The notes under the pieces: generated by a model
The model's database searches: none
Seen by the model: only the letters and a program-made list of their open reading frames with translations
What the model was told of the DNA's origin: nothing
Part shown: positions 30,001 to 45,550 of the stretch, one piece after another
Position numbering within the stretch: position 1 is the first letter of the stretch
Layout: each line of letters opens with the position of its first letter
Assembly: GCA_964016885.1 (NCBI GenBank)
Contig: OZ024740.1
Span: 363,196,001-363,260,000, forward strand
Source of the DNA: Eledone cirrhosa
Lineage: Eukaryota
DNA: 64,000 nt
Direction of reading: 5' to 3'
Made by a program: the position numbers and the translations under genes

Positions 30001-33000
30001 AGTGATCTTGTGAGGAGTTGGGTGGAATGGTTGGTGAACAGAAGTGATCGAGTGTGGAGTTGGGTGGAATGGTTGGTGAACAGAAGTGATCGAGTGAGGA
30101 GTTGGGTGGAATGGTTGGTGAACAGAAGTGATCTTGTGAGGAGTTGGGTGGGATGGTTGGTGAACAGAAGTGATCGAGTGTGGAGTTGGGTGGAATGGTT
30201 GGTGAACAGAAGTGATCGAGAGAGGAGTTGGGTGGAATGGTTGGTGAACAAAGTGATCGAGTGTGGAGTTGGGTGGAATGGTTGGTGAACAGAAGTGATC
30301 GAGTGAGGAGTTGGGTGGAATGGTTGGTGAATAGAAGTGATCGAGTGTGGAGTTGGGTGGAATGGTTGGTGAATAGAAGTGATCGAGTGAGGAGTTGGGT
30401 GGAATGGTTGGTGAACAGAAGTGATCGAGTGAGGAGTTGGGTGGAATGGTTGGTGAACAGAAGTGATCGAGTGAGGAGTTGGGTGGAATGGTTGGTGAAC
30501 AGAAGTGATCTTGTGAGGAGTTGGGTGGAATGGTTGGTGAACAGAAGTGATCGAGTGTGGAGTTGGGTGGAATGGTTGGTGAACAGAAGTGATCGAGTGA
30601 GGAGTTGGGTGGAATGGTTGGTGAACAAAGTGATCGAGTGTGGAGTTGGGTGGAATGGTTGGTGAACAGAAGTGATCGAGTGAGGAGTTGGGTGAATAGA
30701 AGTGATCGAGTGAGGAGTTGGGTGGAATGGTTGGTGAATAGAAGTGATCGAGTGTGGAGTTGGGTGGAATGGTTGGTGAACAGAAGTGATCGAGTGAGGA
30801 GTTGGGTGGAATGGTTGGTGAACAGAAGTGATCTTGTGAGGAGTTGGGTGGAATGGTTGGTGAATAGAAGTGATCGAGTGTGGAGTTGGGTGGAATGGTT
30901 GGTGAACAGAAGTGATCGAGTGTGGAGTTGGGTGGAATGGTTGGTGAATAGAAGTGATCGAGTGTGGAGTTGGGTGGAATGGTTGGTGAACAGAAGTGAT
31001 CTTGTGAGGAGTTGGGTGGAGTGGTTGGTGAACAGAAGTGATCGAGTGTAGAGTTGGGTGGAATGGTTGGTGAACAAAGTGATCGAGTGTGGAGTTGGGT
31101 GGAATGGTTGGTGAATAGAAGTGATCGAGTGTGGAGTTGGGTGGAATGGTTGGTGAACAGAAGTGATCGAGTGAGGAGTTGGGTGGAATGGTTGGTGAAT
31201 AGAAGTGATCGAGTGTGGAGTTGGGTGGAATGGTTGGTGAACAGAAGTGATCTTGTGAGGAGTTGGGTGGAATGGTTGGTGAACAGAAGTGATCGAGTGT
31301 GGAGTTGGGTGGAATGGTTGGTGAACAGAAGTGATCGAGTGTGGAGTTGGGTGGAATGGTTGGTGAACAGAAGTGATCGAGTGAGGAGTTGGGTGGAATG
31401 GTTGGTGAATAGAAGTGATCTTGTGAGGAGTTGGGTGGAATGGTTGGTGAACAGAAGTGATCGAGTGTGGAGTTTGGTGGAATGGTTGGTGAACAGAAGT
31501 GATCTTGTGAGGAGTTGGGTGGAATGGTTGGTGAATAGAAGTGATCGAGTGTGGAGTTGGGTGGAATGGTTGGTGAATAGAAGTGATCTTGTGAGGAGTT
31601 AGGTGGAATGGTTGGTGAACAGAAGTGATCGAGTGAGGAGTTGGGTGGAATGGTTGGTGAACAGAAGTGATCGAGTGAGGAGTTGGGTGGAATGGTTGGT
31701 GAACAGAAGTGATCTTGTGAGGAGTTGGATGGAATGGTTGGTGAACAGAAGTGATCGAGTGTGGAGTTGGGTGGAATGGTTGGTGAACAGAAGTGATCGA
31801 GTGAGGAGTTGGGTGGAATGGTTGGTGAACAGAAGTGATCTTGTGAGGAGTTGGGTGGAATGGTTGGTGAACAGAAGTGATCGAGTGTGGAGTTGGGTGG
31901 AATGGTTGGTGAACAGAAGTGATCGAGTGAGGAGTTGGGTGGAATGGTTGGTGAACAAAGTGATCGAGTGTGGAGTTGGGTGGAATGGTTGGTGAACAGA
32001 AGTGATCGAGTGAGGAGTTGGGTGGAATGGTTGGTGAATAGAAGAGATCGAGTGTGGAGTTGGGTGGAATGGTTGGTGAACAGAAGTGATCGAGTGAGGA
32101 GTTGGGTGGAATGGTTGGTGAACAGAAGTGATCGAGTGAGGAGTTGGGTGGAATGGTTGGTGAACAGGAGTGATCGAGTGAGGAGTTGGGTGGAATGGTT
32201 GGTGAACAGAAGTGATCTTGTGAGGAGTTGGGTGGAATGGTTGGTGAACAGAAGTGATCGAGTGTGGAGTTGGGTGGAATGGTTGGTGAACAGAAGTGAT
32301 CGAGTGAGGAGTTGGGTGGAATGGTTGGTGAACAAAGTGATCGAGTGTGGAGTTGGGTGGAATGGTTGGTGAACAGAAGTGATCGAGTGAGGAGTTGGGT
32401 GGAATGGTTGGTGATCGAGTGAGGAGTTGGGTGGAATGGTTGGTGAATAGAAGTGATCGAGTGTGGAGTTGGGTGGAATGGTTGGTGAACAGAAGTGATC
32501 GAGTGAGGAGTTGGGTGGAATGGTTGGTGAACAGAAGTGATCTTGTGAGGAGTTGGGTGGAATGGTTGGTGAATAGAAGTGATCGAGTGTGGAGTTGGGT
32601 GGAATGGTTGGTGAACAGAAGTGATCGAGTGTGGAGTTGGGTGGAATGGTTGGTGAATAGAAGTGATCGAGTGTGGAGTTGGGTGGAATGGTTGGTGAAC
32701 AGAAGTGATCTTGTGAGGAGTTGGGTGGAATGGTTGGTGAACAGAAGTGATCGAGTGTGGAGTTGGGTGGAATGGTTGGTGAACAAAGTGATCGAGTGTG
32801 GAGTTGGGTGGAATGGTTGGTGAATAGAAGTGATCGAGTGTGGAGTTGGGTGGAATGGTTGGTGAACAGAAGTGATCGAGTGAGGAGTTGGGTGGAATGG
32901 TTGGTGAATAGAAGTGATCGAGTGTGGAGTTGGGTGGAATGGTTGGTGAACAGAAGTGATCTTGTGAGGAGTTGGGTGGAATGGTTGGTGAACAGAAGTG

Positions 33001-34560
33001 ATCGAGTGTGGAGTTGGGTGGAATGGTTGGTGAACAGAAGTGATCGAGTGTGGAGTTGGGTGGAATGGTTGGTGAACAGAAGTGATCGAGTGAGGAGTTG
33101 GGTGGAATGGTTGGTGAATAGAAGTGATCTTGTGAGGAGTTGGGTGGAATGGTTGGTGAACAGAAGTGATCGAGTGTGGAGTTGGGTGGAATGGTTGGTG
33201 AACAGAAGTGATCTTGTGAGGAGTTGGGTGGAATGGTTGGTGAATAGAAGTGATCGAGTGTGGAGTTGGGTGGAATGGTTGGTGAACAGAAGTGATCGAG
33301 TGAGGAGTTGGGTGGAATGGTTGGTGAATAGAAGTGATCTTGTGAGGAGTTGGGTGGAATGGTTGGTGAATAGAAGTGATCGAGTGTGGAATTGGGTGGA
33401 ATGGTTGGTGAACAGAAGTGATCTTGTGAGGAGTTGGGTGGAATGGTTGGTGAACAGAAGTGATCTTTTGAGGAGTTGGGTGGAATGGTTGGTGAACAGA
33501 AGTGATCTTGTGAGGAGTTGGGTGGAATGGTTGGTGAACAGAAGTGATCTTGTGAGGAGTTGGGTGGAATGGTTGGTGAACAGAAGTGATCTTGTGAGGA
33601 GTTGGGTGGAATGGTTGGTGAATAGAAGTGATCGAGTGTGGAGTTGGGTGGAATGGTTGGTGAACACAAGTGATCTTGTGAGGAGTTGGGTGGAATTGTT
33701 GGTGAACAGAAGTGATCTTGTGAGGAGTTGGGTGGAATGGTTGGTGAACAGAAGTGATCTTGTGAGGAGTTGGGTGGAATGGTTGGTGAATAGAAGTCAT
33801 CGAGTGTGGAGTTGGGTGGAATGGTTGGTGAACAGAAGTGATCGAGTGTGGAGTTGGGTGGAATGGTTGGTGAACAGAAGTGATCTTGTGAGGAGTTGGG
33901 TGGAATGGTTGGTGAATAGAAGTGATCGAGTGTGGAGTTGGGTGGAATGGTTGGTGAACAGAAGTGATCGAGTGTGGAGTTGGGTGGAATGGTTGGTGAA
34001 CAGAAGTGATCTTGTGAGGAGTTGGGTGGAATGGTTGGTGAATAGAAGTGATCGAGTGTGGAGTTGGGTGGAATGGTTGGTGAACAGAAGTGATCGAGTG
34101 TGGAGTTGGGTGGAATGGTTGGTGAACAGAAGTGATCTTGTGAGGAGTTGGGTGGAATGGTTGGTGAACAGAAGTGATCTTGTGAGGAGTTGGGTGGAAT
34201 GGTTGGTGAATAGAAGTGATCGAGTGTGGTGTTGGGTGGAATGGTTGGTGAACAGAAGTGATCTTGTGAGGAGTTGGGTGGAATGGTTGGTGAACAAAGT
34301 GATCGAGTGTGGAGTTGGGTGGAATGGTTGGTGAACAGAACTGATCGAGTGAGGAGTTGGGTGGAATGGTTGGTGAACAGAAGTGATCGAGTGAGGAGTT
34401 GGGTGGAATGGTTGGTGAACAAAGTGATCTAGTGTGGAGTAGGGTGGAATGGTTGGTGAACAGAAGTGATCGAGTGTGGAGTTGGGTGGAATGGTTGGTG
34501 AACTGAAGTGATCGAGTGAGGAGTCGGGTGGAATGGTTGGTGAACAGAAGTGATCGACTG
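1..34560. repeat. 42-bp G-rich tandem satellite array, consensus GTGATCGAGTGAGGAGTTGGGTGGAATGGTTGGTGAACAGAA, about 820 monomers, continuing past the left edge
   Basis: Head-to-tail 42-bp units throughout with few variant positions (CGAG/CGTG/CTTG, AGG/TGG, AAC/AAT/ATT) and occasional 32-bp and 41-bp deletion monomers. Ends at ...GATCGACTGAATGGGTG near 34,560. Confidence 0.99.
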
Positions 34561-34629
34561 AATGGGTGCATGGGTGTGTTTATATATGTGTATATATCTG
34601 TATATATGTGTGTATATGTGTGTATATGT

Positions 34630-34802
34630 GTGGGAGCCCCTACATGGATACACTGAAAGAGGAAGACCAAGGTTAACGTATATTGATGCCCTAGGGACAG
34701 ACATTGGTCTGTTGGACACACAGGACATGGCAGCGATAATGAGGGACAGAGACCGCTGGAGAGAACTCGTCCATTGATCTCGGGAATTTTACCCGCCCTT
34801 GA
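34630..34802 (+). mobile_element. 3' fragment of an RTE-type non-LTR retrotransposon
   Basis: Encodes WEPLHGYTERGRPRLTYIDALGTDIGLLDTQDMAAIMRDRDRWRELVH, matching the RTE-like C-terminal GRP..TY.D...DR..WR motif. Very similar to the copy at 57,472-57,830. Confidence 0.8.
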
Positions 34803-35643
34803 ACGTGTGTATATGTGTATATGTATGTATATGTATATATATGTGTATATATATGTATATGTGTGTGTGTATATGTGTATGTGTGTATATATGTGTATAT
34901 GTGTATAGATGTGTATGTGTATGTATATGTGTGTATATGTGTATATATGTGTATGTGTGTTCATATGTGTATATATGTGTGTGTGTATAAGTATGTGTAT
35001 ATGTGTGTATGTATGTGTGTATATGTGTATATATTTGCATGTGTATGTATGTTTGTGTATATGTTTATATATGTGTATGTCTATGTATATGTGTATATAT
35101 GTGTATGTGTGTGTATATGTGTGTATATGTGTATATATGTGTATATGCGTATATATGTGTATGCGTATGCATGTGTGTATATGTGTATATATGTGTATAT
35201 GTGTGTATGTGTGTATATGTGTATAGATATGTATGTGTGTGTATATGTGTACATATGTGTATGTGTGTGTATATGTGTATATATGTGGATGTATGTATTT
35301 GTATATGTGTATAGATGTGTATGTGTGTATATCTATATGTGTATTTATATGTGTGTGTTTATGTGTATATATGTGTACGTGTGTGGATGTGTGTGTATAT
35401 GTGTGTGGATGTGCGTGTATATGTGTATATATGTGCATGTGCGTGTGTGTGTGTGTGTATTTATGCGTATGCATGTATATGTGTATATGTGTGTATGTGT
35501 ATATATGCGTATGTATGTGTGTGTGTGTGTGTGTGCATGTGTGTGTGTGTATGTGTATATATGCGTATGTATATGTATGTGTGTGTATGTGTATTTATGC
35601 GTATGTATGTGTGTGTATGTGTATATATGCGTATGGATGTGTA

Positions 35644-35705
<62 letters not shown>

Positions 35706-35860
35706 CATAGAAGGCAACATCTTGTGTGTTTGGGGACAGATGAATGCAATGGAAATCCACGTATGTGCTGATGTATATGTGTGTTATGTAAGTGGTGAGG
35801 GTATATAAGGAAGTTATATGAGTGAGTACGTGTGTTTGTGTGTGTGTGTGTGGTGCTACT
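34803..35860. repeat. Degenerate (TG)/(TA)/(TATGTG)n compound microsatellite
   Basis: Seen directly; pure (TG)n at about 35,650-35,702. Confidence 0.95.
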
Positions 35861-35959
35861 CTAGTGTCTACATGTATGTAGCTGTGCACATGTGTACGAG
35901 GGTTGCTGCGTGTGCGTTTGCGCGGTGATTGTGCGAGAATTATATGGAGATTAAATAAA

Positions 35960-36690
35960 ATAAAATGTAGAGTTTCAACTGCGAGGCGGGAGTGTCATTG
36001 CTCAGTCGTATGTCATTAAGGTACTCTGAGTATGGATGAGTCAGGCGGAGGAATGATTGTCCTATGGTTGTCTTATGTAGATGGTTCCACAGAAGAAACA
36101 CGGAAAGGCATAGACAATGTTAGTGAAGGTGAAAGAATGATGATACGGTCCGGTGTAGTTGATGATATTGGTGAAGTGTCCACCATTATGTCAGTCATAG
36201 ATGATGAAGGGGAAAAACTATGGGCAAGAAAGTTGCGAAGATTATGAGTGTACTGAAAGGCAGGGATAGGTTAGCAATGAAGCATGAAGTGAAAGGATCT
36301 GAGAGGAGGGGTTGAAAGTATTGAAGGATACGGTGGTAGTGAGGTAAGGAGTGCCATAGCTGTAGAAAGGGAAAGCATATAGTAGCCGGGCAGTAGCATG
36401 GTAAGATGGCTGAGGTGCGATCAATTCGCGAGCATAGATGAGGGCTGCTTAGATCATGATGGGTCGCGACGGGTAAAGAAGCGAAAGGCCATGGTTGTAG
36501 AATCGATGGAAACAGTCAAATTGGGAGTAAGGTATGGGAGGTGATGAAGTCGAAATACGAGTGGGAGTCAATAGGTTTGTTGAAGATGGAGGTTAAGAGG
36601 GTGTGATATGGGTGGTCGATATATAGAAAGAGATCCAGAAAGTGGACGGAAGAGTCGGAGACGAAGGTAGTGAAAGTAAGAGTGAGTTGT
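35960..36690 (-). mobile_element. Old, degenerate Penelope-like element (RT C-terminal part plus GIY-YIG remnant)
   Basis: Manual minus-strand translation gives LTFTTFVSDSSVHFLDLFLYIDHPYHTLLTSIFNKPIDSHSYFDFITSH (PLE RT FLDL...KPTD.HSYL...SH motif, about 36,535-36,680) and NIVYAFPCFFCGTIYIRQ (GIY-YIG-like, about 36,065-36,122). Contains stops and deletions. Confidence 0.75.
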
Positions 36691-36694
36691 AAAG

Positions 36695-39660
<2,966 letters not shown>

Positions 39661-39666
39661 GAACAT

Positions 39667-39897
39667 TAATAATAATGTTCGATTCGCTTGTAAACAGTCG
39701 AGCCCGATTAGACACTGTAGCGTGCCGGTGACCGATCGTCATCTGTTTGTTTAACACTGGCTTTGAGGAACAATCAACATGTTTCTGGGTCATTACCCTT
39801 CATCAAAGCCAGTATTGAACAAACAGGTGACGATCGATCACCGGCATAGCTTCTAATCAGGCTCGTTTCTTTACAAACGAATCGAACATTATTATTA
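39667..39897. mobile_element. Imperfect hairpin (about 100-bp arms) carrying a minus-strand hammerhead-like core; probably PLE-derived
   Basis: Arms about 39,667-39,770 and 39,799-39,897 are reverse complements. The minus strand reads TTGATGA-A-GGGT-AATG-ACCC-A-GAAA-CATGT. Confidence 0.6.
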
Positions 39898-40035
39898 CGT
39901 CCCTTTATGATCTGAGTTCAAATCCCGCCGAGGTTAACTTTGCCTTTCATCCTTACGGGGTCAATAAAATAAAGTACCAGTAATGTACTGGGTTATTGCT
40001 GGCCTTGTGCCAAAAGTAGAAACAATTATTATTAA
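39898..40035 (+). mobile_element. tRNA-derived SINE (family A), 5'-truncated
   Basis: B-box-like GAGTTCAAATCCC followed by GCCGAGGTTAACTTTGCCTTTCATCC...ATAAAATAAAGTACCAG...CTTGTGCC and an (ATT)n tail; repeated many times in the window. Confidence 0.85.
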
Positions 40036-40054
40036 TGTTCGATATAACCCATAC

Positions 40055-41679
<1,625 letters not shown>

Positions 41680-41680
<1 letters not shown>

Positions 41681-41886
41681 CGTTTTTGAATTTGTTTAGC
41701 AAGATTCTTTATCTGAAAACGTGTGTTGAAACCGATATTGTTATGCTTTGGGAGGGTCATGTTGCCAATAAGAAACACACACACCAGTTGCTTTCACTCC
41801 AATTTAATTTATAATAAATTGGAGTGAAAGTAACTGGTGCGTGTGTTTCTTACTGGCAACATGACCCTCCCAAAGCATAACAATAT
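41680..41886. repeat. Dispersed repeat copy ending in a near-perfect ~150-bp palindrome (41,736-41,886)
   Basis: ATATTGTTATGCTTTGGGAGGGTCATGTTGCC...CTCCAATTTA and TAAATTGGAG...ATGACCCTCCCAAAGCATAACAATAT are reverse complements. Related non-palindromic copies lie at about 45,680-45,780 (-) and 55,300-55,435 (+). Confidence 0.8.
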
Positions 41887-42583
41887 ATATATATATTATC
41901 CATTGGTGGTTTAAAGACGATTTTCAAAACTTAACCCTAATATTTAGAATATGATCGTGAAATTCTGATTGTCATGAAATTTAGGATAAAGTCATGGAAT
42001 ATAGAATAAAATCATGGAATTTAGAATAAAATCATAAAATCGTGGAATTTAGAATAAAATCATAAAATTTAAGATAACATCATGAAATTTAGCATAAAAT
42101 CATGAAATTTACGATAAAATCATGAAATTTACGATAAAATAATGAAATTTAGAATAAAATCATGAAATTTAGAATAAAATCACGAAATTTAGATTAAAAT
42201 TATGAAAATTTATAACATAATCACTAAATTTAGAATCTAATCACTAAAGTTTAGAAAAGAATTAATATATAACCATGTAATTTAGATTAGTATCATGAAA
42301 TTTAAATCTTGATACTATATATTAAACTAATGAACTTCAAACTATAATCATGATACGATATATTAAAATCATGAACTTTAATATATAATCATCGAGTTTA
42401 ATATGCTATGAAATCTACATTAAAATCAGTTTTATTTCATTTTTGTTAACTGTCTGAATATCGTCAGTGAGAATTTTTGACTTGGAAAGCTTCAGCTTAC
42501 AATTTTTTAACTACACTCTGAGCATTGAGTCCTCTCTTTTCTTTCACACACACACCCGCACTCACAAACCTATATTATATATG

Positions 42584-42752
42584 TGAGGGTCGGACGCCAT
42601 GCTTTGACGCATAGAGTTATCGCCCTTGCTATTCTGAGTTCAAACCCCGCCGAGGTTAACTTTGCCTTTCATCCTTACGGGGTCGATAAAATAAAGTACC
42701 AGTAATGCACTGGGTAATTGCTGGCCTTGTGCCAAAATTAGAAACAATAATA
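42584..42752 (+). mobile_element. SINE family A copy
   Basis: GAGTTCAAACCCCGCCGAGGTTAACTTTGCCTTTCATCC...AAGTACCAG...CTTGTGCC. Confidence 0.85.
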
Positions 42753-42766
42753 TATGTATATATATT

Positions 42767-42800
<34 letters not shown>

Positions 42801-42912
42801 CGTGTGTATGTGTATATATATATACACACACACATATATATAAAAATATATATACATATATATGTATGTACATATATATATATATATATAAATATATATA
42901 CATATATATATA

Positions 42913-42980
<68 letters not shown>

Positions 42981-42985
<5 letters not shown>

Positions 42986-43159
42986 AAATTCCGTTATAAC
43001 GAAATTCACGGGTATAGAAAAAATAGGTTGCAACGAAAAATTCTTTATTTATAACGAGATAGACCTAACGCATCGAACGTGTGGCCGGGTTATTGAAAAA
43101 AATTTCGTTATACTGAAAAATTCAATATAATGATATTGGTTATAACGGAATTTTGCCTG
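42981..43159. mobile_element. pogo/Tigger-like MITE
   Basis: Inverted termini CAATGAAATTCCGTTATAAC ... GTTATAACGGAATTTTGCCTG with TA on both flanks and internal GTTATA subrepeats. Confidence 0.7.
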
Positions 43160-43324
43160 TATAAATGTATATATACATGTACATATTTATATGTATGTAT
43201 AAATCGTTATATATTACATGTGTGTGTGTTATATATTATATGTGTGTGTTTGTTAATTCAAATGTTTATAGTATATTTATTGGACAGACTTTTGTAAATA
43301 TTTCCAATATTAGACTTTGATGCT

Positions 43325-43475
43325 TAATGTGGCACAGTCACAATTCTATTTTGAACTTTTAGAAAAAATGTTGTTAACATGATTTCAAGCGGTACTGGAT
43401 GTTAAGAGTTAACAATTCTGCCAATGCGCCACCCCTGAATTGTTCTTTAGTAATCAACCCTTAAAGGATGAAAGG
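43325..43475 (-). mobile_element. Degraded SINE fragment
   Basis: ATCAACCCTTAAAGGATGAAAGGC is the reverse complement of the SINE core GCCTTTCATCC...; GGCACA tail motif upstream. Confidence 0.45.
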
Positions 43476-44285
43476 CATATATAATATAGGTTTGTGAGTG
43501 CGGGTGTGTTTGTGAAAGAAAAGAGAGGACTCAATGTTCAGAGTGTAGTTAAATATATTGTAAGCTGAAGCTTTCCAAGTCAAAAATTCTCACTGACGAT
43601 ATTCAGACAATTAACAAAAATGAAATAAAACTGATTTTAATGTAGATTTCATAGCATATTAAACTCGATGATTATATATTAAAGTTCATGATTTTAATAT
43701 ATCGTATCATGATTATAGTTTGAAGTTCATTAGTTTAATATATAGTATCAAGATTTAAATTTCATGATACTAATCTAAATTACATAGTTATATATTAATT
43801 CTTTTTTTATTCTATTCTAAACTTTAGTGATTAGATTCTAAATTTAGTGATTATGTTATAAAATTTCATAATTTTAATCTAAATTTCGTGATTTTATTCT
43901 AAATTTCATGATTTTATTCTAAATTTCATTATTTTATCGTAAATTTTATGATTTTATCGTAAATTTCATGATTTTATACTAAATTTCATGATGTTATCTT
44001 AAATTTTATGATTTTATTCTAAATTCCACGATTTTATGATTTTATTCTGTATTCCATGATTTTATTCTAAATTTCATGATTTTATCCTAAATTTCATGAC
44101 AATCAGAATTTCACCAACATATTCTAAATATTAGGGTTAAGTTTTGAATATCGTCTGAAAACCAGCAATGGATAATATATGTATATATATATTTATATAT
44201 ATATATACATATATATATATGCATATATACAATCACATGCACACACATACACACACACATATATATATATATATGTATATACATT

Positions 44286-44318
<33 letters not shown>

Positions 44319-44334
44319 TTATATATATATATAT

Positions 44335-45550
44335 AAACCCATGGCCTCCAAATACTTGATACTCAAAAACTCAGCAATGTCCAGTAGTGCTAAGTTTAAT
44401 ATTCTGATCGCAGACTTGGTACGAGTGATGAAGAACGTGTCCCGCATTTGCGACCCAACAGAAATGGAAAGACACATCCAACACTTCATCAACCGCATAC
44501 AGTTCTCTGGCCTCAACCAAAGAGACAGAATCAGGGTATACGAAGGAGCCACGGAGAAGTATAAGACCCTCATAGAACTGGACATGAAAGAAATTTGCCC
44601 ACTGTACAGGAGCAAATCATGGAATAGCTTAGATAGGACTAAACATAACATAGAGAAAACCACCTCATGGTACGACAACCAGAGATACCAGAGTGTCATG
44701 TTCGTGGACGCTACCCCTGGAGGGAAATTAGCTAACCAGTGTAGAAAGTCCTTGAGAGAGACCCACTTAAATATTAAGGTGGTAGAAAAGCCAGAAACTA
44801 CCATAAAATCCCTGATCAGCAAAACATACCCTTTTAAGAAAACCCACTGTACTAATAGGAAATGTATTATATGTAAAGTAAACCCCCGGATAAACTGTAA
44901 AACTAGAAACGTAGTCTATAGCATAAGATGTACAGAGGGTACTTGTAGAAACATGACAACAACATACATAGGCGAGACAGCTCGTAGCATAGACGAAAGG
45001 ATAGACCAACACTGGGGGGAACTAAAAGGACGAAAAAACGGTTCAGTACTATACGAACACGCCAGACAACATGACGGTAACATAAACAACATAGAAATTA
45101 AAATAATATCTAAACATAGAAATGACCCAGCAGATAGGCAAATCAGAGAGGCAAGTGAAATAGAACTTAGAAGGCCAAAGCTGAACAGAAATAATGAATG
45201 GAATAACAACAACACCCAAACAAACAATACTGACCTAAGAGAAATATAAATAAATAAATAAATATATACACAAGCACAATAACAACAAACACATATAAAC
45301 ACACACTAGTAAACTAAACTAAAATAGAATACAATAACCAAAAGACAATCACCCAAACACGAACACACACCAAACACTATAAACACACGCAAACGCATGC
45401 GCAGAGAAGAAGACAAAAGTAAATAAATAAATAAATAAATGATTAAACAGATTAAATATAGATGGCGTAGATATACAATACAACAGGGGGAACTTAATAA
45501 TAGCACCACTGACGATGTTGCAGATGTGCAACGAAAGAACTTTGTTAGAC
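44335..45550 (+). mobile_element. 5'-truncated Penelope-like element: open frame covering RT thumb, Cys-rich linker and GIY-YIG endonuclease (stop at 45,249), then a 3' region with a hammerhead core
   Basis: [12 protein letters not shown]...[12 protein letters not shown]...[10 protein letters not shown]...[17 protein letters not shown]...[16 protein letters not shown]...[14 protein letters not shown] has the PLE GIY-YIG layout. CTGACGA...GAAA at 45,509-45,536. Confidence 0.9.
45502..45548 (+). ncRNA. Hammerhead-ribozyme core in the PLE 3' end, probably incomplete
   Basis: CTGACGA (45,509-45,515), T, stem II GTTGCA/GATG/TGCAAC, GAAA (45,533-45,536). Stems I and III are not clearly closed. Confidence 0.5.

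Larger units (their letters stand above)
41891..44180. repeat. Foldback structure: ~700-bp inverted arms (41,891-42,583 and 43,476-44,180) with internal ~21-bp subrepeats and an ~890-bp spacer
   Basis: The arms align end to end as reverse complements. Subrepeat AAAATCATGAAATTTAGAATA at about 41,970-42,240 is mirrored at about 43,820-44,100. Confidence 0.9.

Noticed and set aside
1-34560. CRISPR-like array
   Set aside because: There are no unique spacers and no cas genes, and the context is eukaryotic.
1-34560. Satellite derived from a tRNA or SINE head (TGGGTGGAATGGTT resembles an A box)
   Set aside because: The similarity is short and weak, there is no B box, and I cannot align it convincingly to SINE heads in the window.
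1-35474. Giant ORFs of up to 4,964 aa on the minus strand and W/V-rich ORFs on the plus strand
   Set aside because: The monomer length is a multiple of 3 and the C/A-rich strand has no stops in any frame. The ORFs drift among all three repeat peptides at indels, so no frame is maintained.
41931-41940. Telomere-like TAACCCTAA (mirrored near 44,131)
   Set aside because: Only about one and a half units inside the foldback arm; not an array.
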